The position numbers and the translations under genes were made by a program. Shown piece after piece: positions 1 to 11,407 of a stretch of 32,544 nucleotides of DNA (positions within the stretch are counted from its first letter, which is position 1; each line of letters opens with the position of its first letter). The notes under the pieces were generated by a model, which worked only from the letters and a program-made list of their open reading frames with translations, had not been told where the DNA came from and made no database searches. The stretch covers positions 19,238,775-19,271,318 of the forward strand of contig NC_057720.1 of assembly GCF_004010195.1 (NCBI RefSeq), in the 5' to 3' direction. The stretch comes from Chiloscyllium plagiosum (Eukaryota).

Positions 1-1811
1 TACAGGATAGCCAGGAGGGAGCTGAAGAAAGGGATTAGGAGAGCTAAGAGAGGGCATGAAAAATCGTTGGTGGATAGGATCAAGGATAACCCCAAGGTAT
101 TTTATGCGTATGTGAGAAACCTGGGAATGACGAGAACGAGGGTAGGTCCGATCAAGGCCAGTAGTGGGAGACTGTGTATTGAGTCGGAAGAGATAGGAGA
201 GGTGTTGAACAAGTACTTCTCTTCAGTATTTACGAACGAGAGGGACCGTATTGTAGAAGAGGAGAGTGTGAAATGGACTGGTAAGCTAGAAGATATACCT
301 GTTAGGAAGGAAGATGTGTTGGACATTTTGAACAACTTGAGGATAGACAAGTCCCCCGGGCCTGACGGGATATATCCTAGGATTATGTGGGAAGCAAGAG
401 AGGAAATTGCAGTACCGTTGGCAATGATCTTCTCGTCTTCACTGGCAACGGGGGTGGTACCAGGGGACTGGAGAGTAGCGAATGTTGTGCCCCTGTTCAA
501 AAAAGGGAATAGGGATAACCCCGGGAATTACCGGCCTGTTAGTCTTACTTCTGTGGTAGGCAAAGTAATGGAAAGGGTACTGAGGGATAGGATTTATGAG
601 TATCTGGAAGGTCACTGCTTGATTAGGGACAGCCAGCACGGATTTGTGAAGGGTAGGTCTTGCCTTACAAATCTTATTGAATTCTTTGAGGAGAATTCTT
701 TGACCAAGCATGTGGATGAGGGTAGAGCAGTGGATGTAGTGTACATGGATTTTAGTAAGGCATTTGATAAGGTTCCCCATGGTAGGCTTATGCGGAAAGT
801 CAGGAGGCATGGATAGAGGGAAATTTGGCCAATTGGATAGAAAACTGGCTAACTGGTCGAAGTCGGAGAGTGGTGGTAGATGGTAAATATTCAGCCTGGA
901 GCCCAGTTACAAGTGGAGTTCCGCAGGGATCAGTTCTGGGTCCTCTGCTGTTTGTAATTTTTATTAATGACTTAGATGAGGGAGTCGAAGGGTGGGTCAG
1001 TAAATTTGCAGATGATACGAAGATAGGTGGAGTTGTGGACAGTGAGGAGGGCTGTTGTTGGCTGCAGAGGGACTTAGATATGATGCAGAGCTGGGCTGAG
1101 GAGTGGCAGATGGAGTTCAACCCTGCCACGTGTGAGGTTGTCCATTTTGGAAGAACAAATAAGAATGTGGAATACAGGGTTAATGGTAGGGTTCTTAGTC
1201 AGGTGGAGGAACAGAGGGATCTTGGGGTCTATGTACATAGATCTTTGAAGGTTGCCACTCAGGTGGATAGAGTTTGTAAGAAGGCCTATGGAGTATTATC
1301 GTTCATTAGCAGAGGGATTGAATTCAAGAGTCGTGAAGTGATGTTGCAGCTGTACAGGACTTTGGTTAGGCCACAGTTGGAGTACTGTGTGCAGTTCTGG
1401 TCGCCTCACTTTAGGAAAGATGTGGAAGCTTTGGAGAGGGTGCAGAGAAGGTTTACCAGGATGTTGCCTGGAATGGAGAGGAAGTCGTACGAGGATAGGT
1501 TGAGAGTTCTCGGCCTTTTCTCGTTGGAACGGCGAAGGATGAGGGGTGACTTGATAGAGGTTTATAAGATGATCAGAGGAATAGATAGAGTAGACAGTCA
1601 GAAACTTTTTCCCCGGGTACAACAGAGTGTTACAAGGGGACATAAATTTAAGGTGAAGGGTGGAAGGTATAGGGGAGATGTCAGGGGTGGGTTCTTTACC
1701 CAGAGAGTGGTGGGGGCATGGAATGCGCTGCCCGTGGGAGTGGTAGAGTCGGAATCATTGGCGACCTTTAAGCGGCATTTGGATAGGTACATGGATGGGT
1801 ACTTAATCTAG
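1..1811 (+). pseudogene. CR1 ORF2 (reverse transcriptase), broken by one frameshift near 811
   Basis: Frame open from base 1 (YRIARRELKKG...) to 816; resumes in the 825-1811 frame. CAT-GG-ATAGAG at 808-818 reads HGIEGNLANW if one G is restored. Confidence 0.92.
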
Positions 1812-1882
1812 GTTAGAAGTTCGGCACAACATCGTGGGCCGAAGGGCCTGTTCTGTGCTGTATTGTTCTATGTTCTATGTTC
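1..1882 (+). mobile_element. CR1/HER1-type LINE, 3' part (continues upstream of the window); relatively young copy
   Basis: RT motifs KSPGPDGI, NYRPVSLTS, QHGF, DFSKAFDKVPH, GVPQGSVLGP, KFADDTK; 3' end has GGGCCGAAGGGCC hairpin and (TTCTATG)n tail ending ~1882. Confidence 0.97.
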
Positions 1883-2055
1883 ATAGTATTAATGGAGGGT
1901 TTATTTATTTACTTGTCTCTGGGGTTTATAACTAGAAGTGTAAATATTGAGGGTGATTAGCTTTTTATTTTATGATAATTAAGGATTTATTTTGGCTTGA
2001 AAGACCCAGAAATTGGGCGTTTTTGAGCAGTTCTGAGGATAACTGGCTGGGGTCA
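1883..2055 (+). repeat. Possible 5' LTR remnant of the Gypsy element
   Basis: By-eye similarity to 4798-4880 and 6030-6070 (e.g. TTTTTGAGCAGTTCTGAGGATAACTGGCTGGGGTCA vs TTTTTAAGCAGTTCAGAGGAGACCTGACTGGGATCA). Confidence 0.45.
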
Positions 2056-2059
2056 AGTC

Positions 2060-2302
2060 CAGAAGAGAGATAGCTTATTGTTATGGCATAAAAACAACAA
2101 CCTATTCCTCAATATCAGCAAAACAAACAAAATAGTAATCAACTTCAGGAAATGGAGTGGAGAATATGCCCCTGTCTGATCAGTATTGCTGAGGTGGAGA
2201 TGTTCAAGAGCTTCAAGTTCCTGGGAGTAAATATCACAACCAATCTATCTTGGTTATCCATGTCAACGCTACAGTCAACAAAGCACACCCAAGCCTCTAC
2301 TT
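2060..2302 (+). mobile_element. REX1/Babar-like LINE RT fragment
   Basis: Translates as NNNLFLNISKT...EVEMFKSFKFLGVNITTNLSW, the pattern of this clade downstream of the DD box. Confidence 0.7.
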
Positions 2303-2349
2303 GTGACAATAATAAAGCAAGTCACATTAAAAAAAAATCCTGAAGCACT

Positions 2350-4525
2350 GCCTTTAGAAAAACATTACTGCACAAATAGTCTTGGAAAAGTAATTAACAA
2401 GATGTGGATTACTTTTTAAAAATGCAATTGATCAATATTCAAATTTTGTCCTAAATAGTCAAAGAAAAGACCAATAAAAATCAATTTACATCTTCTGCAT
2501 AAAACTAATCCCAAGTTACGTTGACAAGATGGCATCAAACCCATTGTAGGAGCTTATTGTTTGGGATGTCTAGATGATTGGGAAAAAGGAGTTCCCTTGT
2601 TTCTGTTTGCTGTTATAAATGCTCATTAGTATACAGCATTGTCTCTTTGAGCTGATATATAAACATGAAGTGAAAGGGCCACTCATTTATGAAGGAAAAT
2701 CTGATAAAGTAAGATAGAATAGTCTGTAACCCATGTTGTTCCAAATTTGAGACAAATCAACTGAAGCATGAGAGTGGGCCAAAGCCAAGCATTTGAAGAA
2801 TGCTGTATAAACAATGAAAGCTAGAGGAGATGATAAAGGGCAAAGTTTGACATTTTATTGCTGGGGACAAGATGTTAGTATTATTACCTGTTTCTTGTGA
2901 ACCATTAAAAGCAAGGCTCACTGGTAGTAATGAACAAAAAATAAGCTTAGTTACGTGAATTCTGCAGTGAGTTCTCCAGGCAAGGAAACATCCAGTGTTT
3001 CATGTTAATGTGTTGCAATATTACTGGAAAGATAGAAAAGTGTATTTATAGTAGTGAAAGAAATGGGGAAATGAAATGAAAATACTAGAACAATTGTTGA
3101 ATAAATCAAAATTGGAGGTTCAATAATCCTTCAGTCAGGATGGATAATATGACGATGTGTAAAAGTTTGGACAGCATGCTATTTTATCTTCTTGGAAACT
3201 ACCGAAGTAACTTGCAAAGGGTGTTTCACACATCTGCATTGATTTGTATTAATAGGCCATGAAAAATGGTGTTGGTCATATTAATATAAGGAACGTGTTA
3301 TATATAAAACAACATCCTTACAGATTCAATCCAGAGAAATTAGCTCAAGTAAGGGAAGGGGTCAAGTTCATGATGGGCAATGGCATTACTGAACTGAGTC
3401 GTAGCTGGAGCTCGTGTACAGGTATTAAGGTGCTGAAAGCAGACGTGTTGTGAAGATCCTGTATAGATTGTTACCAATGTAATAAAAGCAGACTCCTATC
3501 CTATTCCAAGATTTGAGAACTACATTGAAAGAATTGATGTACATGGTTCATTATCAAAATTGACCTCTTGAAAGGATATTGGCAAGTTCTATTGTCTGCA
3601 AATATCAGCTTGTATGGACTTTATCAATGCAAAGGCATGCTGTTTGAAATTTAAAATGTTCATAAGCATAGTTCCAACAATTAACCAATAAAGTAATTGA
3701 GGTGCTATGCAAGTCCATGGTTTCCTTCAATCACTTGGTTATATTTGGCCACAACTCGGAAGAACTTTGCACCACAAGACTGAATTGTTTTGCTACAAAG
3801 AGCCAATTTCACATGATCACATGACCATCATTACCTAGTCATAATCTGCGGCTTTTCCCCCATGCACTTATACATTACTTCTTTCCAAATAATCATCCAT
3901 TTTGGCCAGTCCACAGGATGAGGCCAAGTAGTACCTAAAGAAATAAAAGTAAGAACTATTTTCGGATTTTCCCATGCTTATGTCAAAACACAAAGTTTTG
4001 CATATGTTGACATAAGTGGATTTTATCAGAAGTTTATTCAGCACGATAGTGGCTCCATTTGAGAACTTTGTTAAGGGAAGCGAGAAAATTTCAGTAGCAT
4101 GAAAATGTCAGAATGTTTTATATAATCTGAAAGTTGTGCTGACAATCCTACTGGTGCAAGCAGCACTGAATTATGAGAACCTATTCAACCTGGCTATTGA
4201 TACCAGCAATACCAGTATGGATGCCTTTCTACTGCAGAAAGAAGAAATGGGATCAAATGGCCCATCGGCTCTTTTTTTCCCAAGAAACTAAATGCATGCC
4301 ATCGGAAATATCCAACAGTACAGTAAAAGAGATAGAGTCTTGTGTTGGCAGTTTGAAATTTATCAAAACATGGAAGTAACTTTTTATACAGACCATAATC
4401 CTTTGACTTTTTTGGTGAGTGTTTGGGAGAAGAACTTTTGTTTGTTTCAATAGAATTTAATCCTTCAGCTATACAATTTTAAAATCATTATTGTGCATGG
4501 AAAAGCTTGATACTTTATCACAAGC
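2350..4525 (+). mobile_element. Decayed Ty3/Gypsy pol, domain order integrase-RT-RNase H (Gmr1-like)
   Basis: Integrase C-half ~2470-3020 (RWHQT, DDWEKGVPLFLFA, GDKMLVLLPV, FHVN); RT ~3270-3800 (IKQHPYR, DSYPIPR, IDLLKGYWQV, GLYQ); RNase H ~4180-4520 (FNLAID, PIG, YTDHNPLTF). Many stops and frameshifts. Confidence 0.85.
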
Positions 4526-4883
4526 ACACATGAAGTGTGCAAAATATTGTGATCTGAATTGAATTATGTAAAATGTGATTACCAAGAAACTACTTATGCC
4601 TCTTAACAACGCATTTTTATTCTATGAATGGACGTGTAATGAAAGGTGAGATTTAATCATTCCTTCATAGTTTGGATTTCAAAGTAAAGTAATATGGGTA
4701 TTGGTTACTTTTGTGAAGGGTTCAAACAAACCAGGTCACTCAGTCTTTTCAGAAACACAACCTAACCCAGCATGTGTTAGAGCAGAGAACCCCTGGAGTG
4801 TTAATGGAAGATTTTGTTTTACTGTGAGGTTTGTAACTGAATGTATGAGCATTTGAAAGCCATTGGCTTGTTTTTGGTTTAGA

Positions 4884-6020
4884 GCATAAGAGGTACAGTT
4901 AGTAAATTTGCAGATGACACAAAAATTGGACGTGTAGTGGACAGCGAAGAGGGTTACCTCAGATTATAACAGGATCTGGACCAGATGGGCCAATGGGCTG
5001 AGAAGTGGCAGATGGAGTCCCTCTCCTCCGGCCGTGCGCTCTCTCTCTCCTCCGGCCGTGCGCTCTCCCTCTCCTCCGGTCGTGCGCTCTCCCTCTCCTC
5101 CGGCCGCGTGCTCTCCCTCTCCTCCGGCCGCGTGCTCTCCCTCTCCTCCGGCCGTGCGCTCGCTCTCCTTCTGCTGTGCACTCTCTCTCTCTCTACTCCA
5201 GCCGTGTGCTCTCTCTCCTCCAGCCGTGTGCTCTCCTCCAACCTTGCGCTCTCTCTCTCCTCCGGCCGTGTGCTCTCTCTCCTCCAGCCGTGCGCTCCCT
5301 CTCTCCTCTGTCCGTGCGCACTCTCTCTCCACCGGCTGTGCGCTCTCTCTTCTCCGGCCGTGCGCTCTCTCTTCTCCGGCCGTGTGCTTGCTCTCCTCCG
5401 GCCGTGCGCTCTCTCTCGTCCGGCTTTGCGCTCCATCTCCTCCTGCCGTGTGCTCTCTCTCTCTCCTCTGGCCGTGCGCTCCCTCTCCTCCGGCCGTGCG
5501 CACTCTTTCTCCTCCGGCCATGCGCTCGCTCTCCTCCGTCCGTGCGCTCTCTCTCTTCCGGCCGTGCGCTCTACCTCTCCTCCGGCTGTGTGCTCTCCCT
5601 CTCCTCCGGCCGTGCGCTCTCCCTCTCCTCCGGCCGTGCGCTCTCCCTCTCGTCCTGCCGTGCGCTCTCCCTCTCGTCCTGCCGTGCGCTCTCCCTCTCC
5701 TCCGGCCGTGCACTCTCCCTCTCCTCCGGCCATGCGCTCTCCATTTCCTCCGCGGGGAAAGATATAAAAGAGACCTAAGGAGCAACATTTTCACTCAGAG
5801 GGTGGTACATGTATGGAATGAGTTGCCAGAGGATGTGGTGGAGGCTGGTACGATTGCAACATTTAAGAGGCATTTGGATGGGTATATGAATAGGAAGGGT
5901 TTGGAGGGGTATGGGCCGGGTGCTGGCAGGTGGGACTAGATTGGGTTGGGATATCTGGTCGGCATGGATGGGTTGGATCAAAGGGTCTTTTTCCATGCTA
6001 TACATCTCTATGACTCTATG
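4884..6020 (+). mobile_element. 5'-truncated CR1 LINE whose middle is replaced by a minisatellite
   Basis: 4884-5018 encodes TVSKFADDTKIG...WAEKWQME; 5754-5939 encodes GERYKRDLRSNIFTQRVVHVWNELP; tail TCTCTATGACTCTATG ends 6020. Confidence 0.93.
5019..5752. repeat. GC-rich minisatellite, ~24-bp unit CTCCCTCTCCTCCGGCCGTGCGCT, about 30 copies
   Basis: Directly visible tandem array with CT-length variants; + strand almost free of A. Confidence 0.97.
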
Positions 6021-6324
6021 GCGATTTAGCTATTTTTAAGCAGTTCAGAGGAGACCTGACTGGGATCAGAAGCACAAAATATTTTCTGTCATAGAAAGGA
6101 GCATAAAACAGTTCAGGGAATGAATTATCTCTGTAGAAGTTTGATTTGAGTAACTACTAGAACAGGAATGGTTAGTTAGAAACTGCAGATTGTTAGAAGA
6201 TTGAGAAACTCTAAACATTCTTTATTCTATGAACAATCACATAAGAAGACGTCAGTTCACAGGAAACAATTGGGAAGAATCACTTGAATAAAACTTAAAG
6301 ATTTGAGACAAAGAAGATTTAAGT

Positions 6325-7530
6325 GGTGATGTTTCGAATCCAAGATGGTGGCATTCTGTTAGGATCATGTTTGCTGGGCTCCGTGTTGCAACACCAACCC
6401 AACAGAGCTGGAACCTGTCAAATACACTTTACTGTGAGTAAAAACACAGTAAAGGAGCTAGAAACTGAAAAAAAGTGCTTACCTCTGCCCTTGCAGCTGG
6501 GGACTGCTGAGAAAAGGAGGAAGCTCGCCCGAGTCTAGGACCACGGTGCAGCCCACTGAAGCAGCGGGCTTCCTTACTCACCATACCCTGGTTGAGGAGT
6601 TGGCCAAATCTCGTGAGGTCCTGGGGAGGCAGATCCAGGAAAAAAAATCAGAGAAGCTGGCTCCTGTATGTGCTCTGCTGCAAGACTTGGGGAAAAAGGA
6701 CCGATGAGCTCCAGCGCCGTGCTGCAGAGGTAGAGGCAGAGACTGATTCCTCCAAGAGTCGATTGAAGCCCTAGAAGCACGTCTGTGGTCTGTTGGATCT
6801 GGTAGACAATCTTGAAAACAGGGGCAGAAGAAATAACCTGTGCATTGTTGGCATACCGGAGGGGAGGGAAGGTGAGCGGCCAATGGAGTTCTGAGAGAAG
6901 TAGTTCCAGGAGTTCCTTGGTTGGAGGTTGAGAAGGGAAGGATAACCATTGAAAGAGCCCACCGGATTGCAGCACAAAAGCCAAGTGTGGATCAAACCCA
7001 TGCCCTGTCCTGATCAGGTTTCATCATTCTAGAGACAAGCAGAGGGTCTTGGAAGCCTCTAGAGCCCAGGGAAGGACCTGAAGGCATTGGTATGTGGCGG
7101 CTCCAGAGTCATGTTTTTTTCAAGGCTTCTTGGTGGCAGTGATCCAGAAAAGGAAGTCATATGATGGTGTCAAGAGGAGATTGAGAGAGCTTGGGATCCA
7201 GTATTCTTTAAGATATCCAGCGGTGCTTCGGATCAATTATAATGGATCCATACACTCGTTTGACTCGCCAGAGAAAGCGAAGAATTTTTTGGGCATGTTG
7301 ATTTAACTCGAATGGCCAAATAAGCGTAGAGGATAGAGCTGTTCAGGTTTGTTCTCCTTTGAAAAGGACTTGGTGGAGTCTCCTTTCTGGTAATAAATTG
7401 CATGAAGTTATGTCTGAGATGGATAGAGTATTTATCTTTAATCTCTAAGTTATGTTAACAGATGGGTGACATTTATTTTTACTTGTCTATACTACTAATC
7501 TTGCTCTTGGTGGGTTTTGTTTCTCTACCG
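6325..7530 (+). mobile_element. L1-clade LINE 5' part: 5' UTR and decayed ORF1 (Transposase_22-like RNA-binding protein)
   Basis: CAAGATGG near start; DNLENRGRRNNLCIVGIPEG (~6805-6865), IERAHR (~6948-6965), KRKSYDGVKRRLRELGIQYSLRYPAVLRI...FDSPEKAKNFL ending 7306. No ORF2 seen. Confidence 0.85.
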
Positions 7531-7617
7531 GGTGGTTGGTATATGTGGCATGACCCTAGCTTATAGGAGTTGAGGTGGCGGTTGGGATGGTAAGTAGTGT
7601 TGTAGGATGTGTAGCTG

Positions 7618-8460
7618 CTGTTTAAGTGTGTTGGTAGTTTGTGGACTACCATGATGCCAAGCGGTCTGAGTAGTCTGGAAGTCATTTCAGAAATGTCTTT
7701 GATGTGGGGTAAAGTTGCTACGGTTTCTTGGTGCGTTGTCTGCTTGTTTGGTTTGTTGCAGAGAAATTGGAGGACTGTGTTTATTGGGTCTAGATTAGTG
7801 GTGCTGGAAAAGCACAGCAGGTCAGGCAGCATCCGAGGAGTAGGAGTACCCGTTCTTCTTGAATACATTGTATAGGTATTTATTTTCTGCTCTTCATAGT
7901 TCCTCAGTGCTGCAGTGTGTGGTGGCTCATTGAAATAACGTCTTAATGCAGCTTTATTTGTGGATGTTGGAATGATTGCTTCTGTAGTTCAGTCTTTGGT
8001 CTGTGAGTGTTGTTTTTCTGTAGATGCCGGTTTGAAGTTCCCCATTGATCGCTCTACTGTGTCATCTAGGCATGGTAGTTTGTTCTCCTCTTTTGTGAAT
8101 TTTATACCAGTGAGGATACAATTGATGGTGTTGTCGGTTTCCTCTAATTTGTTTCATTTGGTGATGACAAAGGTGTCATCACCATAGCGGACCCAAAGTT
8201 TGGGTTTGATGGTTGGGAGAGCTGTTTGTTTGAGTCTCTGCATTATTGCTTCTGCTAGGAATCTTGATATTGTTGATCCCGTGGATGTTTCATTGATTTG
8301 TTTGTAGGTCGTCTTATTGAATGTGAAGTGGGTGGTAAGGCACAGGTCACTAGGTTGATGTTATCTTTGCTGGTGAAGTTGGCACTGTCTAGTGTTTTTG
8401 TCTTTGGTACGTCTAGTGTTTCTTTGGCCAGATTGATGTTAATGGATGTGAACAGGATTG
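7618..8460 (-). mobile_element. Penelope-like element RT segment, inverted
   Basis: Minus strand gives LFTSINI, SPSGFLAEA-like region with MQRL, WVRYGDDTFVI, LPCLD, TLPHIKDISEMTSRLLRPLGI. Confidence 0.85.
7789..7846. repeat. Fragment of the short hammerhead-associated repeat family inserted in the Penelope RT
   Basis: GATTAGTGGTGCTGGAAAAGCACAGCAGGTCAGGCAGCATCCGAGGAG matches 19699-19745 and the reverse complement of 14320-14370. Confidence 0.8.
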
Positions 8461-8475
8461 TTCTTCAAAGGAGAC

Positions 8476-9095
8476 CATCAAACACATCTCTGGAATGACT
8501 TCCAGACTACTCAGACCTCTTGGCATCATGGTAGCACACAAACCTACCAACCCACTTAAACAGTGGCTAATGGACTTAAGACCCTATACAAATAACAAGC
8601 AAAACGAATGTAATTTACAAAATATCTTGCAGGACTAAAACAAACACTACATCGGGCAAACAGGCAGAAAACTAGCCTCCAGGATATAAGAACATCAACT
8701 AGCCACAAAACGACTTGACCCCCTATCATTAGTATCCTTGCATATAGATGAAGAAGGATGCCACTTTGACTGGCACAACACATCCATTGTAGGGCAAGCG
8801 AAACAGAGACATGCATGAGAATTCCTCGAAACATGGTATTCCAATTGGAGCTCTATCAATAAACGCATTGATTTGGACCACATCTAACATCCTCTGAGAA
8901 AAAGAACCGGAAATGATATCACCCATCCAAAGAAACCGAAACACATGAATAGAAAGCGTGGCATACCACCAGCGCTTCACCAGAGGCTCACTGACTATGT
9001 TACCTAGTATGGTGACAAAACATCTGAAAACAAACCTTTTAGCTCAGCAAGCAAATATACAATCAGAACCTCAACCTGAACTACAAATCTTTTCA
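8476..9095 (+). mobile_element. Penelope-like element, GIY-YIG endonuclease segment and 3' end with a degenerate hammerhead
   Basis: NVIYKISC...HYIGQTGRKL...EHQ...HFDW...EFLETWYS...SINKRIDL; hammerhead-like TCA-CTGACTA-T-GTTACC...GGTGAC-AAAACATC-TGA at 8988-9027. Confidence 0.88.
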
Positions 9096-9195
9096 AAAAT
9101 GAGACTTTTATGTTTGAGGTGTTAGGAAGCTGAGAAATAATGAAGGTTATGGAATAAAATTTGTTGTAGGATGGAATACTGGCTGCAAAATCTTG

Positions 9196-11407
9196 ATGTG
9201 GAGGTGCCAGTATTAGACTGGGTTGTTAAAAATCACACGACTCCAGGTTATAGTCCAACTGGTTTATTTGAAACACTAGTTTTCAGAGTATTGCTCCTTC
9301 TCTAGGTGTGTGAGAGAAGTGACATCAGACTCAGAATTTATAAGTAAAAGATCAAATAGTGATACAACTGGTGCGAATGTGTTGAACAAATTTAAAATGG
9401 CAGACTCCCTCCCATTAAATCTTTAATCAGTTAGAAAGGAGATGTAGATTTCGACTGATTAAACGTAAAGGAACCCCCAGCTTCTGTCACGATAGGTTTC
9501 TTTCCGAAACTCAGCACCCACGGATCAGTCGAACCAGTTCTCATCACAATGGATGTTTCGGCATCCCCCATGGCGATGGCTTCACTGCAACAGTCTCAGT
9601 ACTCAATACCAACAATTGCCAATTTCCAGAAGCCATCCTACAACTCATCCACTTCATCCTCGACCACAACATCTTCACCTTTGACAACCAGTTCTTCATC
9701 CAGATGCACAGAACAGCTATGGGGACAAGATTTGTAGCCCAATAAGCCAACATTTTCAAGTTTGAATGAGACTTCTTTGCTGCACAGGATCTCTGACCAA
9801 CATTATTCACCTGACACATTAATGATCATTTTTTCCTTTGGACTCATGGTGAGGAATCACTCAAACAACTGCATAGTAGTATCACAAGTTTCGTCCTAGA
9901 TTTACCGTGGACAATTCTTTAAAATCAGTCTCATTCTTGGACACACTCATCTCCACCAAGGACAGACACCTCAATACCTCACTCTACCGCAAGCCCACGA
10001 ATAACCACACAATGCTGTATGTCTCTAGCTTCCATCCTAAACATTAAAAAAGCTATCAACTACAGACAAGCCTTACACATATACAGGATCTGCTCAGATG
10101 AGTTCCAACATGGCACAGCGAGAAACCGCAACAACCTCCCAAGAAGACAGATGCGGGATACACCCGATAGAGTATCCTTCGTTGTCCAGTACTTCACCGG
10201 AGTGGAGTAACTGTGTCATGTACTTTGCAGCCTTCAACACATTGACAATGAGAATCTTGCCAAGATCATTCCTATTCCTGCACTTCTCGACATCAAACAA
10301 CCACCAAGCCTTAAACAGACCATTGTTCGCAGCAAGCTACCCAGTCTTCAGGACATCAACCACAACACCACACAATCCTGCCATGGCTACCTCTGCAAGA
10401 CGTGTCAGATCATTGACGTGGATATTGCCACCACGTGTACTGCAGATACTCGTATGACTCTGCCGTACACTGCAGGCAAAGATACCCGAGGCATGGTATA
10501 TTGGTGAAACCATGCAGATAATGGCTGAATGCACGCAGCACACCAACCGCCAGACAGGAGTATTCCATCCCAGTAGGGGAATACTTCAGTGGTCAAGGGC
10601 ATTCGACTTTGGATCTTTACGTGACAGTCCTCCAAGGTGGGCTTCAGGATGCACAACACAGAGTTGCCGAGCAGAGGCTGATAGCCAAGTTTGGTACCCA
10701 TGAGGAAGGCCTCAACTGAGGTTCTGGGTTCATGTCACATTACAAGTGACCCCACCACACTATACACTTTCTCTCACTTCCCCTCTCTCTCTCTCACTCA
10801 GACACCACACGTGCGCGCGTGTGCATGTGTGCACACGCACACACACACCTTTCCCACTCACTCTCACACAAATACATATACATATAAATCTATGTATTTG
10901 TATTTGCATGTGCATTCTATTTTGTTGAACAAGCATGCAGTTTGTAGACGCAGTCATTCAGTGTAGCATTTTTAAAATTCCTGCTTTGGAATTTAAACCA
11001 GTTAAAATACAGTTTAACTCCTGGTTAAAATACAGTCAAATTCTAAACAAGGCCTCTCACCTATAATGCACTATCTGACCTGAAATGTCACCTCTTGTAT
11101 ACACTGATAAAGCCTTTAGTTATCCCAGGGTAGTGACTTGAAAGAAATTGTGGGACTTGCATTTTAATCAATCAAAACGTGCATCTCCTTTCTAATGGTT
11201 TAAAGTTTAACGGGAGGGTGTCTGCCAATTTTAGGCTTGTTCAATACATTCGCATCAGTTGTATCACTCTTTGATCTTTTACTTATAAATTCTCTGTCTA
11301 AAGCCTCCTGTCTCGCACTATACTTGATGAAGGAGCAACACTCTGAAAGCCAGTGTTTTCAAATAAACCTGTTGAACTATAAGCTGGTGTTGTCTGATTT
11401 TTGACCT
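9196..11407 (+). mobile_element. Penelope-like element (RT + GIY-YIG remnants) bounded by ~245-bp inverted terminal repeats
   Basis: MDVSA, IPHGDG, ILDHNIFTFDNQFFIQ..TAMG, SFLDT, LYRKPT, LCKTC, WYIGET, LIAKFGTHEEGLN at 9490-10720; 9225-9468 is the reverse complement of 11158-11405; flanks TGCAAAATCTTG (9184) and TGCAAAACTTG (11408). Confidence 0.88.
10760..10915. repeat. Compound (CT)n/(CA)n/(TA)n low-complexity tract in the Penelope 3' region
   Basis: Directly visible dinucleotide runs. Confidence 0.8.

Larger units (their letters stand above)
4635..6300 (+). repeat. Probable 3' LTR of the Gypsy element, interrupted by CR1 at 4884-6020
   Basis: TGTAAT at 4635 shortly after the pol end; pieces on both sides of the CR1 resemble 1883-2055. 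Right boundary uncertain. Confidence 0.4.

Noticed and set aside
102..1792. Minus-strand ORFs over the first CR1
   Set aside because: Antisense shadows of ORF2 with no independent motifs.
5019..5752. CRISPR-like array
   Set aside because: No unique spacers; contiguous tandem units in eukaryotic DNA.
4954..5939. Five overlapping 257-301 aa ORFs on both strands
   Set aside because: Artefact of a stop-free 24-bp minisatellite; low-complexity translations with CR1-derived ends.
6325..7530. ORF1-only HAL1-type element or domesticated L1TD1-like gene
   Set aside because: ORF1 has stops and frameshifts, and no poly(A) tail or TSD is visible; truncation by the adjacent Penelope is simpler.
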